Source: the human T2T-CHM13v2.0 reference genome, Homo sapiens. Taken from it: DNA of 64,000 bases. The stretch is taken from NCBI RefSeq assembly GCF_009914755.1, contig NC_060935.1; one strand, written 5' to 3'. Under the pieces are notes generated by a model. It ran no database searches, was not told where the DNA came from, and saw only the letters and a program-made list of their open reading frames with translations. A program made the translations under genes and the position numbers. Positions 13,591 through 27,825 of this stretch are shown in pieces; the first letter of the stretch is position 1; the number at the start of each line of letters is the position of its first letter.

Positions 13591-14833
13591 TTTTGTAGAC
13601 AGTGACCCTGAGATCTAGAGAAGATGTAGTGTGAGGCCACACAGCTAGTCAGTGGGTGGGGGTGGAGGAGAGGAGGATGGGACCAGGGTGGCGGGAAGGT
13701 CCTCAGGTCTAGGACAGCATCTGGGAGAGGATAGGGGGAAGGACTCTGGCATAGCTGGTCACAAACCAGCCCCAGGGCAACTGAGCATTGATTTGATCAA
13801 TGGCTTTTTCCTCTTCCCTTGAATTCCCCTATGATGGCCTTTTAATTGGGTCCATTTGTTCCAAGGCCGTGGGCTGAGCTGAGCAGACGCCAAATGATAT
13901 GCCTATTATTAAATAGATTAGGAAATGGCCCTACATCTTGGGCGGCCAGAAAAACCAGAGTGACTGAACAGTGTCCCTGAGGAGTAACACGTGTATTGTG
14001 GAATACTGGATGTATTGCAGAATCCCTTCCAGGCACCTTGCCTTTCCTATGCTGTCCCTGCGTCTACAGAATCCTTCTGACTTCCTTGCTCACCTGAAAT
14101 GTGTCTCCTCCTCCAAGATTCACTTCAAATCCCCTCCTCGGTGAAGGAGCTGAAGGAGCGCGCTAATCGCCACCCCTCCCTCAGCCTGCCTGAGCTACTG
14201 CCACAGAGAACTCACACATCTGCCTGGCAAGAGATCCAACCTGAATTGGAGGGTCTGCCCTAGGGGACACTGTCCAAGTCAGGGTTGTCCAGGGAACAGG
14301 ATTACCCAAAGAACATTTAAATAACAATCCCACTTCAGTAAAAAAAAAAAAAAAGATGTCTCCATTTCCTGAGCTGGAGTCAAAAAGGGTGGCTGGGAGG
14401 CAGCAGAGAAGAGGAGTGAGTGTAAATTCCGTGTGATGGAAATGAGTGGCAATTTAAATTCGACTGGAGAAAAAGAAAACTTTCATGTCAGTATCAAACT
14501 CAGACCATTTTTAAAAATCGGTTTCTTCCATTTTAGACATTATATACTGGTTTCCTTTTGTGAAATGAGGCTTTAGTTCTCTTCCTTCTCTCATTCTCCC
14601 ATTGCAATTTTTGATTAAATATTCAGTGCTTCCATTTTTATGATGTCAAAAATGTTGCTCACAGTGACATCTTAGGGCATTCTATGTTTATATTTTCTTT
14701 CTTGCATAACTTTTTGTTTTTCCTGGAATTAATAACTGCCTCACTGTACATTCCTAAGAAGGACATATTCTAAGGACAAAGAGAACTAACTCTAAAGAAA
14801 TCTGAAGCAGTCTTTGTAATCATATTACAAGTA

Positions 14834-15273
14834 CGGTTACCCCTGAACATCATGGGCTTGAACTGCATGGGTCCACATATATGCAGATTTTCTTCTGCCT
14901 CTGCCACTCCGGAGATAGCAAGACCAATCCCCGCCTTCCACCTTTTCCTCAGCCTACTCAATATGAAGATGAGAGGGATGAAGAACTTTATGATGATCCA
15001 CCTCCACTTAATGAGCAGTAAATATATTTTCTCTTCCTTATGTTTTCTTAATAACATTTTCTTTTCTCTAGCTTAATTTATTATAAGAATACAGTATATG
15101 ATATATGCAACATACAAAATATGTGTTAATCAACTATTTATATTTTCGGTAAGGCTTTGGTCAACAGTAGAATATTGGTAGTTAAGTTTTGGGGGAGTCA
15201 AAAGTTATATGTGGATTTTCAACTGCGTGAGGGGTTGACATCCCTAACCCCTGCACTGTTCAAGGGTCAACTT
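14834..15273 (+). mobile_element. Tigger2a (TcMar DNA transposon, non-autonomous)
   Basis: TIRs CGGTTACCCCTGAACA and TGTTCAAGGGTCAACT, TA on both flanks, characteristic internal sequence. Confidence 0.88.
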
Positions 15274-16095
15274 TAATACTATTGATGGTGTTAGTTTGAA
15301 ACTATTACATGTAGTAGGATATAATGAAAATCTAATTATGTTAATGTCACTGGAAACCAACATTTTCAACATAAGAGAAAAGAGATACGAATATAAAATC
15401 AAAGAAGAAAAAACTACTATCAGTATAGTCTTGGATTTGGAAACATCTGTATAAACTCATGATGCTTTTTTCTCTTTAAAAAGTATTCTCTATTTCTAAC
15501 TTCTAAAAAGGCCTGGGAACAATAACTAGCCCTGTGATGCTGAGCACCTCTAGTACCCGCTTCAAAGGTTCTAAATGTATTTCCTATTAAAAGGAACAAG
15601 GGCTTCTTGGAGAAATGGCTGATTCTGGGTTCGTGGCAGGAAATGCATAAGATGGGTTCAGAATATTTTGTCATACAAAAAGCAAGTTGTCAGCACTACT
15701 AACGTTGTGTTTAAAGGACATAAAAACCAACTTGAGGACTGTGCTGCACAAAGATGGGGTATTTTAAGTATCAAAAAGAATAATGCCTACGATGGATTGA
15801 AACATACAAATCTGAAACTTGTGTTTCAATCTATGAGTTTATAATGATACTAAGAGCAAACAAACAAGCAAACGTGTAGGTCTGTTCTGTAGGTTGGTAG
15901 CTTATCAATGTATTATTCTGAAAGGCAGGTTAAAAGGAAAAGAATCTGTCTTTCCTATACAAACTGTATTTCAGAGTAACTAAATAGACACCGAGGAAAA
16001 TTCTTCTTTACTGAACTCCAGCCAATAAATGAAGAAGGTATCACAGAATTAAATATCATCATTTTGCATGCCCTAATCAATTAATGCCTGCAGGC

Positions 16096-16390
16096 CTGGG
16101 GTGTCCAATGTGGCAGCCACTACCCACAAGTGCCTACTGAACATTTGAAATGTGGCTTATCGGAATTGATATGTGGTATAAGTGTAAAATACACACTAGA
16201 TTTTTGAAGACTTAATACAGAAAAGAAAGATTGTAAAATATCTTGGTTTTTATATAATATTTTTGATATAACAGATTAAATAAAATATATTATTTAAATT
16301 AATCTCAGTATTTCTGATTACTTTTTTAATGTGCTTACTTTAACATTAAAAAATATACCTATATGCTTTGCTTTCTATTTCTACAGGCAA
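16096..16390. mobile_element. MER33-like hAT-Charlie element
   Basis: TGTCCAATGTGGCAGCCACTA...GTGTAAAATACACACTAGATTTTTGAAGACTTA. Confidence 0.65.
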
Positions 16391-16977
16391 GTCTGAGCAG
16401 TAATCATCCCAATGGTTGCTAGTCTGATAACACCAGAACCCAATGGCCAATATTAACATCACAAAAAAGAGAGAGAACTAGACATTATGTCCTGCTTTAT
16501 GGGGTACAAAGAAGTACACACCACCTCCTATGAAGAATTCATAGGTGAACCTGAATTTGATCAAACCTCTAGATCTAACTACCAGTTTTCAGAAAATACA
16601 GGTGACTGAGGAAGTTGAGATAGCAATAGGTGATGAAATTAACCAAATCCAGAATTTGAGAACCTTTATAGGATACACGACTCAGTTTCTTTAATGGCAA
16701 ATTAAAAAAAAAAATAAGTGTGGAGGAGGAGTAGACATCAGAATGGAGGTCAAAGCCAAGGTTCCATCTCTTCTCCCTGCTACAGAGATATGAGGCCCCA
16801 ACTCCCTAAATACTCAGAAGCCACCTCAGAGGAAACAGGGAGAAAATCTGAAACAGAAGAGAGACTGGACAACATTTTTCTCCAGCCCTCTGTGGGGCAG
16901 GCACACATGAGAATCAGCAGATCTGTTACAGGCAACAAAGGAGCTGTGTTTTCTTGGGGTATATATTCCCAAAGGCG

Positions 16978-18097
16978 ATGCCTGCTGGAAATGACTCCTC
17001 TGGGCCTGCATTTACTCTTGCTAGGTTGACAAGTTGTCTCCATGGTGGGGAACCTGGCCTTGATTGCTCTAATTGGCTGAAATTCATACCTTCCCACCCC
17101 CAAGCTCTGTTTTCTTTCACCCAGTCCTTCCCTGATCTCTATTGTCCTGTTTGCACCCCCAGAATGCTCATGACTTTTGTATCAAAGAAAAACATCTTCT
17201 ATGTCAGGTGCATGACTCAGCTGTTTTTCTTTTTATTTTAAACACTTTCTTTAAAGACAGGGTCTTCTTGTTCTGTCACCCAGGCTGGAGTGCAGTGGCA
17301 CAATCATAGCTCACTGCAACCTTGAACTCCTGGCTCAAGTGATCCTCCCACCTCAGCCTCCCAGGTAAGTATGACGATAGGATACCACGTAAAACCACAC
17401 CTGGCTAATTTTTTAAATTTTTGTAGACATGAGGTCTTGCTATGTTGCCCAGGCAGTCTTGATCTTCTGGACTCAAGTGATCCTCCCACCTCAGTCTCCC
17501 AAAGTGCTGGGATTACAGGCGTGAGCCATCGCACCCGGCCTCGCAGCTTTTCTTTCTCTTTATTGTCCTCTCTATAAATACCACGTGTTGATGTTCATAG
17601 CCTGTGGTTGCTTTGTGGCCATCTACAATCCATCATTGCATGAGGTCACCATGTCTCCTCAGGTGAGAGAGAGAGAGAGACTGGATTTGCTGGAACCACT
17701 CCCACACAGGGCACATACTTAGGCCGACCTTTTGTAGTATTGATGTCATCAACCATCATCTTATGACAGCCTCTTGGTCCTCTAAGTTTCTTGTACCAGC
17801 ACCTGTGCCAATGAAGTAGTGGTTTTCACTGTGGTGGGTATTAATAGTACAGTATCCAGTCTTTGCTTCTCTTACTTTCATTTAACTTGCTCAAGGCAAA
17901 CTAAAACCTTTCAGCACCTGCAGCTTTCACGTCAATGCCATTTCTGTTTTCTTTGAGTCAGTGGCATTCATGTATCTCAAATATTTTTCTCCAGGGTCTA
18001 TGAACCAGGAGATGTTGCTTTCTGTTTTCTGTTACAATTTGAGGTCTGTGCTGAACTCCCTGTTTAAAGCCTGAGGAACAAGAAGAATGCTGGTTAA
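16978..18097 (+). pseudogene. OR8R1P: Olfactory receptor family 8 pseudogene, frameshifted, partly deleted and Alu-interrupted
   Basis: Degenerate OR motifs in order: MPAGNDSS..FTLARLT (N-glycosylation site, FIL.GLT-like); MVGNLALIALIG*; TPRMLMTFVSKKNIFYVRCMTQLFFFLF; after the Alu, IACGCFVAIYNP..HEVTMSPQV (MAYDRYVAICNP); KTFSTCSFH (KAFSTCSSH); SLRNK. Symbol taken from recalled annotation of an OR8 pseudogene between P2RY2 and P2RY6. Confidence 0.88.
17240..17540 (-). mobile_element. AluJ inserted in the OR pseudogene
   Basis: Antisense AluJ with an imperfect TSD CAGCT(G)TTTTTCTTT. Confidence 0.92.
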
Positions 18098-18357
18098 AAA
18101 TCCAGGAAAGTGGTGATAATGTAGGGAGATCTGTGATGGTTAATTATATGTGTCAACCTGACCGGGCTAACGAATGCCCAGATGGCTGGTAAAACATTGT
18201 CTGTGAGAATGCTTCTCAAAGAAATTAGCATGTGAGTAGGCGAACTGAGTAAATCAAATGGCCCTCCCCAAGGTGGGTAGTCATCATCCAACCCATTGAG
18301 GATGTGAATTAAAGAAAAGGTGGAGAAAGGACAAATTCACTCTCTCTTTCTCACTCT

Positions 18358-18972
18358 CTTTTTTTTTTTTTTTTTTTTTTGAGACAGAACCTTGCTCTGT
18401 TGCTCAGGCTGAAGTGCAGTGGCGCAATCTTGGCTCATTGCTGCAAATTCTGCCTCCTGGGCACAAGTAATTCTCCCACTTCAGCCTCCTAAGTAGTTAG
18501 GACTACAGGCGTGGACCACCACCCCTGGCTAATTTTTGTATTTTTTTGTAGAGACAGGGTCTTGCCACATTGCCCAGGCTGGTCTTGAACTCCTGGGTTC
18601 TTGAACTCCTGGGTTCCAGCAATCTGCCTGCCTTGGCCTCCCAAAGTGTTGGAATTATAGGTGTGAGCCACTGCACCCCACTTTTTTTTATTTTAGAAAC
18701 AGATGCTCTGTTTCCCAGAGCGATCATAGCTCACTGCATAGCTCACTGCAGCCTCGAACTCCTGGGTTCAAGCAATCCTTCCACCCCAGCCCTTGAGTAG
18801 CTAGGACTACAGGTGTGAACCACCACACTTGGCTAATTTAAAAACTTTTTTTTATAGAAACAAGGTATCGCTTTGTTGCCCAGGCTGGTCTCGAACTCCT
18901 TGACTGCAGTGATCCTCCCGCCTAGGTCTCCCAAAATGTTTGGATTATAGGCATGACCCACCGCACTCAGCA
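18358..18972 (-). mobile_element. Two tandem antisense AluJ inside MLT2
   Basis: Alus at ~18358-18678 and ~18682-18972. Confidence 0.9.
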
Positions 18973-19198
18973 TGCTCTCTTTTTGAGAGGGAACATCCAC
19001 CTTCTCCTGCCCTTGGAAATTGGGGTTCTGGTCCTTGGGCCTTCAGACTTGGCCTAAATGACACCAACAGCTTTCCTGGTTTTCCAATTTACAGACAGAC
19101 AGTAGATCATGAGACTTCTCAGATTCCATAATCCTGTGAGCCAGTTCCTAAAGTAAATAAATAAATAAATATGTAATTATTTCCTATACTTCCTTCAA

Positions 19199-21117
19199 AT
19201 ATAAATATATAATATATATTTTATATTTATATATTTATATATATAAATATATAATATATATTTATATATATAAATATATAATATATATTATATATTTATA
19301 TATATAAATATATATTATATATTATATATTATATATAATATATATTATATATTATATATAATATATATTATATATTATATATTATATATTATATATAATA
19401 TATTATATATTATATATAATATATATTATATATTATATATTATATATTATATATAATATATATTATATATAATATATAATATATAATATATATTATATAT
19501 TATATATAATATATAATATATATTATATATAAATATATAATAAATATATATTTTATATTATATATTATATATATAAAATATAATATATAATATAATATTA
19601 TATATTTTTATATATAATATATAATATAATATTATATATTATTTATATATAATATATAATATAATATTATATATTATTTATATATAATATATAATATAAT
19701 ATTATATATTATTTATATATAATATATAATATAATATTATATATTATTTATATATAATATATAATATTATATTATATATTATTTATATATAATATATAAT
19801 ATTATATTATATATTATTTATATATAATATATAATATTATATTATATATTATTTATATATAATATATAATATTATATTATATATTATTTATATATAATAT
19901 ATAATATTATATTATATATTATTTATATATAATATATAATATATTATTTATTTCTATAAAATATATAATATATTATATATTATTTATATAAACTATATAA
20001 TATATTATATATAATATATTATATATATAATATATAATATATAATATATATAATATATAATATATAATATATATATAATATACTATATATTATATATATA
20101 TTATATATTATATATTATATATAATATATAGTATATTATATTATATATTATTTATATATATAATATATTATATATTTTATATAATATATTATATATTATA
20201 TATTATATATTATTTATATAATATATAATATATTATATATTATTTATAGAAATAATATATAATATATTATATATTATTTATAGAAATAATATATAATATA
20301 TTATATATTATTTATATAATATATTATATATAATATATTATTTATAGAAATAATATATAATATATTATATATTATTTATATATATAATATATAATATATT
20401 ATATATTATTTATATAATATATTATATATAATATATTATTTATATAATATATTATATATAATATATTATTTATAGAAATAATATATAATATATTATATAT
20501 TATTTATATATATAATATATAATATATCATATATTATTTCTATAAATAATATATTATATATTATTTCTATATATAATATATTATATATTATATATTATTT
20601 ATATATAATATATAATATATAATATATTATTTATATATATAATATATTATATATTATATATATAATATATAATATATTATTTATATATAATATATAATAT
20701 ATTATATATATAATATATAATATATTATTTATATATAATATATAATATATTATATATATAATATATAATATATTATATATTATTTATATATAATATATAA
20801 TATATTATATATTATTTATATATAATATATAATATATTATATATTATTTATAGATATAATATACTATATATTATATATTATTTATAGATATAATATATTA
20901 TATATTATTTATAGATATAATATATTATATATTATTTATAGATATAATATATTATATATTATTTATAGATATAATATATTATATATTATTTATAGATATA
21001 ATATATTATATATTATTTATAGATATAATATATTATATATTATTTATAGATATAATATATTATATATTATTTATAGATATAATATATTACATATAAAATA
21101 TATATTAAAAATAATTA
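19199..21117. repeat. AT-rich compound tandem repeat (VNTR), ~1.9 kb
   Basis: Almost pure A/T. 35-bp period at ~19620-19930; 8 copies of the 27-mer ATAGATATAATATATTATATATTATTT from 20884. AT-rich sequence continues at 21415-21625. Confidence 0.97.
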
Positions 21118-21414
21118 GGCCGGGCACGGTGGCTCACGCCTGTAATCCCAGCACTTTGGGAGGCCGAGGCAGGGCGGATCACGAGGTCAGGAGATCGAGA
21201 CCATCTTGGCTAACATGGTGAAACCCCGTCTCTACTAAAAATACAAAAAATTAGCCGGGCGCGGTGGCGGGCGCCTGTAATCCCAGCTACTCAGGAGGCT
21301 GAGGCCGGAGAATGGCGTGAACCCGGAAGGCGGAGCTTGCAGTGAGCCGAGATAGCGCCACTGCAGTCCGGCCTGGGCGAAAGAGCAAGACTCCGTCTCA
21401 AAAAAAAAAAAAAA
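21118..21414 (+). mobile_element. Young AluY (AluYk-like)
   Basis: Full length and CpG-rich, with AluY diagnostics (GAGATCGAGACCATC, GGCGTGAACCC) and GATAGCGCCACTGCAGTCCGGCCTGGGCGAAAG. Confidence 0.9.
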
Positions 21415-22499
21415 TTAAATATTTTGTATTTAAATATTTAAAATATTTAAATATATATTAAAATAATTAAATATATATGTAAATAATTAAATATATATTT
21501 AAAATATTTTAATATATATTTAAAATAATTAAATATATATTTAAAATAATTAAATATTAAAATAAATATTATATATTATGTATTTTATGTATTATATATT
21601 TTATATATAATTTTATATATATATAATTGTTTCTGTTTCTCTGGAGAGCCCTAATACAAGATCCCCACTTTTTTTTTTTGGTGTTTTTTCATTGCAAGAT
21701 TTTGTTTCTAACTATATTTATTCTTTAGATGGAAGAATGTTCAGTCTCTCTTCAAATAGGGTCTTTTAATCACTTCCCTAATAGGTAATCCTGGTTCATT
21801 CCTTGCTTTCTCACCTCCTGAACATCTTGCAGACAGCTTTTACTGGGTTGTTGTTCATACAAGGGACCTAGACACTTTTCATTATAGTTTGGGACCCCTC
21901 CGTCTCCTGCTCTTTTCCAAATCCTAGGCATATACCACAAGTCCATAAGTTGCCTGGAGAAAAGCTGGGCGCCAAAGTCTGCTTACCTAAACCCAGAAGT
22001 GCCAAGTCCTTTGGAAGGGGTCTCTTTCTTTTCAGTTTTGTTTCTGCAAGAGGCAGCAGAATTTCGATGAAGTGTCTCCCTTCCAGCCTGTGACAGCTCC
22101 AGGTGGACCTAAACCACCTCAATCTCGTCCTTTTGTATTATTAACCTTACTGCCTTTGCTTTTGTTCTTCTGGCCTCTCTTGTCCCCTTCTGAGAGTGAC
22201 AAAACCTAAGAGCATCTGCCTGCCACATCCTCAAGTGGTGACAGGTGGAAGTGTTTCCAACCAAACCAAGCTCCCTGGTGAGGAAGCACACTTGTGGCCC
22301 TCTCCACAAGACAGAAAGAAGTCAGGGCTTTTCCCTTTGAGATAAGTGTTACATTCCCTTATTCTAAAACATTGGGAAAAATAATAATAATGAACTGCAA
22401 TGAACAATTCTGCTGTTTCTTTTTTAATTTAAATTTTTATTTTTAATTGACAAATAATAATTGTATATACTTATGGGGCACAATGTGATATATTTTTTA

Positions 22500-22674
22500 T
22501 GTTGGTTTTTGTTTGTTTGAAACAGGGTCTCACTCTCCCACCCAGGCTGGAGTGCAGTGGCGTGAAGGCTCACTGCAGCCTTGACTTCCTGGGCTCAAGT
22601 TATGCTCCTGGCTCAGCCTCCCAAGTAGCTGGGACCACAGGTGCGTGCCATCATGCCTGGATACATACATACAT

Positions 22675-22705
<31 letters not shown>

Positions 22706-22826
22706 GTAGGGATGGGGCCTTGCTATGTTGCCCAGGCAGGTCTTGAACCCCTGGGCTCAAGTGATACTCCCACCTTACCCTCACCACAAGATGCTGGGAT
22801 TTCAGGCATGAACCACCATGTCTGGC
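22500..22826 (-). mobile_element. AluJ with a (TACA)/(TA)n linker
   Basis: Antisense Alu with a microsatellite at 22661-22704. Confidence 0.9.
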
Positions 22827-23523
22827 TCAGTGTGGTGTTTTAATATATGTGTACACTGTGGAATGTCTGCTGTTCCTTACATGATAATTTTTAATGAAGT
22901 TCATCACTAATCTGTTACTATTTTTCCAGTCTGCGAATTGCCAGAAGCCCAGTCTGAGAATTGCCAGAAGCCCAAAGTGAGTATCATGTATGTCAGTACA
23001 ATTAATCATTAGATAATGAAGAGAACACATGGCAGTGCCACCATTTTGGCACCATTAATGCCAAAAGCAGCATGGATGCGGGATGATTGGAGGAGAACTG
23101 GATATGTGCCTCTGTTAGGGTGGAACACAGTTGGTGATACAAGTTATGCACAACGTCATTTAAAATGGCTTCAAATATTCTGAAAAAAACAACATTTAGT
23201 TCTTACTGTGAATTTTGTCACGTATTGAAAACCACTGCACATAAAATTGGATGAACAATCCATCTGCATTTTAATTTTACAATGAGGTTAGCATAGAAAA
23301 ATAAACTGAATATTGACAGTAATAAACTGTATTCCTAGAAAGGCTGTGTGGGCCTACTTAAAGGTTGTCTCACCAATAAAACCATAAGCATCTTTTAGGG
23401 CAAAGGTGGTTTCCTATACTTCCTTCAATTCTCCAATGCTTCTCCTCTTCTTAATTTATGAGGCAGGCATATAGGGAATTCAAGAACTATAGGGAGTTCA
23501 GTTGAATTAAAATATCTGGTTCT

Positions 23524-23623
23524 GCCGGGAGGTGGAGGTTGCAGTGAACCGAGATTGTGCCACTGCACTCCATCCTGGGTGACAGAGTGAGACTCCATCT
23601 CAAAAACAACAACAACAACAACA
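23524..23623 (+). mobile_element. Alu 3' fragment with a (CAA)n tail
   Basis: GGAGGTTGCAGTGAACCGAG...GACTCCATCTC. Confidence 0.88.
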
Positions 23624-24049
23624 ATCTCGTTCTGTTATTTAAAGAAAACACTTCAACAGTTAGAAATTTTGATTGTTTGTGGCAGGCACTGTACTGAGAG
23701 TTTTACATACACTATTCCAGTTAAAACTCAAACCACTTGGGAGGACAGAATTATTATCCCCGTTGTACAGGTGACCAGAGCTCTGAGAATGAAAGGAACT
23801 TGGCTTGGCCACACAGCTATGAGTGGAAGAGCCAGAATTCAACTTAGGCCTGTCCCTGCCCAGGGTGTGCTTGAACCCCTGCATTAGCCCAGGGGTCTTC
23901 CTGGGTGGACTCTGTTCTGCGCTCTCCTTTGTTCCTGTGGTCGGGCTCCCAGATTCCATCCAGGACCAGCTCCTTTACTTACAGATGGGGGAGCCTTGGG
24001 CAAGACCACTGACCTCTCTGAGCCTCAGTTTCCCCCTCTGAAAAATTGA

Positions 24050-24315
<266 letters not shown>

Positions 24316-24767
24316 AAGAAAGTTAATGTCTAAATTTATGCACAACTACTTAGAAAACAGTAAATCCCTATATCAATCTTTGTTGATAAAAACATTCCAT
24401 TTTTCTCATCATTGGAACCTTGTCACGCCTCAACATTTGGGGCACCTTTACTAAATGTGACATCTTGATTTTTAAAAGTGATCTGTTTCTTTTTCATTTA
24501 ATTTTCAACTAAATAATGTATTCACTTGGTTCAAACAAACAAACAAAAAAAGGTAAACAGTGAAGGATCTCCCTGTTATTGGCCCTAATAAGTAACCCAG
24601 TCAGTGGTTGCTTCTTTATGTTTCCAGGTAACTATATGTATATACAAATCCTAAAAGTAGTGTTTTTTTTCTTCCTTCATACACAAAAGTTTGCATACTA
24701 CTACATACATATTTCTACACCTAGCTTTCTTCTGAAAATTCCTTTTTAAATTTATTTTTATTTTATT

Positions 24768-25378
24768 CTTTTTTTTTTTTTTTTTTTTGAGATGGAGTCT
24801 CCCTCTGTCCCCCAGTCTGGAGTGCAGTGGCACTATCTCTCCCGGGTTCAAGCAATTTTTCTGCCTCAGCCTCCCCTGTAGCTGGGACTACAGGCGCGTG
24901 CCACCACACCCAGCTAATTTTTGTTTGTTTGTTTTTTGGTGTTTTTGTTGTTGTTTTTGTTTTGATTCAGAGTCTCGCTCTTGTCGCCCAGGCTGGAGTG
25001 CAGCGGTGCGATCTAGGCTCACCACAACCTCCACTTTCCGAGTTCAAGTGATTCTCCTGCCTCAGCCTCCTGAGTAGCTGGGACTACAGGCATGTGTCAC
25101 CATGCCCAACTAATTTTTGTATAATTTTTAGTGGAGACAAGGTTTCACCATGTTGGCCAGGCTGGTCTTGAACTCCTGACCTTGTGATCCCCCTGCCTTG
25201 GCCTCCAAAGTGCTGGGATTACAGGTGTCAGCCATCACGCCTGGCTATTTTATTCTATTTTTTTAGAGACAGGGTCTCACTATGTTGCCCAGGCTGCTCT
25301 TGAACTCCCAGGCTCAAGCGATCCCCCTGCCTTGGCCTCTAAGTGCTGGAATTACAGGCATGAGCCACCATGCCTGGC
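24768..25378 (-). mobile_element. Antisense Alu cluster (right arm + AluS + left arm/FLAM)
   Basis: Three consecutive Alu pieces. Confidence 0.88.
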
Positions 25379-25530
25379 CCTGAAGTTTTCTTAAAGGTCT
25401 TTCTACATAAAAACTCCCCTGTTCTGTTTTAACAACCATGATTTATTTAACCAGTTCCCTATGAATAGACAGGTCATTTCCAATATTTCAGTTTTGATTT
25501 GTTGATTTCTTAAAGAGCTGAAATAAATGA

Positions 25531-26121
<591 letters not shown>

Positions 26122-26215
26122 TAGTGTGAGCAGCAGATCTCTGTGGACTATCACCTCCTCTGACATAGGCACTATGCTCCTTTATATACTGCCAGAAAGT
26201 ATGTTAACATTTATA

Positions 26216-26910
<695 letters not shown>

Positions 26911-27717
26911 CAGGGGGAGGGGATATCTCAAAAGTTGTTGGAAATGCCAGATATGGCTCATCCAGTGCCGGATCTTGCTGGGCACCTGCCAGCTGCTAAG
27001 GATTGTGAGGCCATGGCTGAAGCTGGGAGGGAGCGGAACAGGAGGAAGCAAATTAGCTGCCGGACACAGTTTAACCAAGGGCTCCTTGACCTCTCCTGGG
27101 GCCAGTGGGGGTGGGGCCTGGCTCCCAGGCCCAGCTCTGAGCCTGTGGCCTCCCTCCTTCTTCCAGGCCCATCTTCCCTTGGCCTGAGTGACACGGCACT
27201 GACCTGCTCCTGCTCTTACTGCTCTGGCTGCCCCCTACAGTTCCACTCCTGGGCATCTCTTCCCTCCTTTAACTGATGGCTCCATCTTAAAGAGAGTAGA
27301 AGTGACTTCACCCACCCTATGGCCTAGAGGCCCAAACATGAAGCTCCTGGGCAACAGGATTTGGTTTTATTAAAGAGCTGCCAAGTTCCTTTGCCTTGAT
27401 GTGAGTATGGGGATCAGGCGGCCTGGCTAAGCTGGTCAGAGGGAGCATTTCCAGAGGTCAGAGCACAGTCTCCATGGAAACCAGGGCTCTGCATACCCAG
27501 GAGGACCCAGGGACAGCAGGAGGACCAGTGAGAAAGGTGGAGTGCTGAGGAGAGAACACTGGGGTGCAGGCAGGGCCATCAGGTTGAAACCCACCCCCAC
27601 TTCCCCAACTCCTACACAGAGTCCCTCCTCCACCCAGCTGGGAGAACCAGAGCTCAGCCTACAGGGAACAGACAGGGCTCCTTTCATCCTGCAGCAGATG
27701 CTGTGCCTCCTACGCCC

Positions 27718-27824
27718 CTCCTGGGCCTCAGGAAGGGGGCTGGGGGTTCTAGGGCTATGGCTGGGGCTGAAAGAGCAGCCCCGGCCCTGAGAGGACCCAC
27801 AGGGACACCAAGGCTGGGGGCTGC
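27718..27824 (+). repeat. ~107-bp direct repeat, copy B
   Basis: Offset 915 bp from copy A. Confidence 0.9.
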
Positions 27825-27825
27825 C

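Larger units (their letters stand above)
14740..16715 (+). mobile_element. Old L1M (L1MC-like) 3' region hosting Tigger2a and a MER33-like element
   Basis: AT-rich L1M-like sequence (CTTCTTGGAGAAATGGCTGATTC) with an A-rich end at ~16703-16715. Confidence 0.55.
18132..21658 (+). mobile_element. Solo MLT2 (ERVL, MLT2B-like) LTR interrupted by 2 AluJ, the AT array and an AluY
   Basis: Starts TGTGATGGTTAATTATATGTGTCAAC, resumes at ~18975, ends TTCTGTTTCTCTGGAGAGCCCTAATACA. 5-bp TSD AGATC at 18127-18131 and 21659-21663. Confidence 0.9.

Noticed and set aside
21700-22330. Possible processed-pseudogene-like peptides on the minus strand
   Set aside because: Could not match to any known protein; BLASTX would be needed.
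22885-22897. TAATTTTTAATGA resembling the OR-enhancer homeodomain 13-mer AACTTTTTAATGA
   Set aside because: An 11/13 match in AT-rich DNA is not significant, and no adjacent O/E site was recognised.
22926-22974. 23-bp tandem duplication (similarly a 24-bp one at 51300-51346)
   Set aside because: Ordinary slippage duplications with two copies only; not CRISPR-like.
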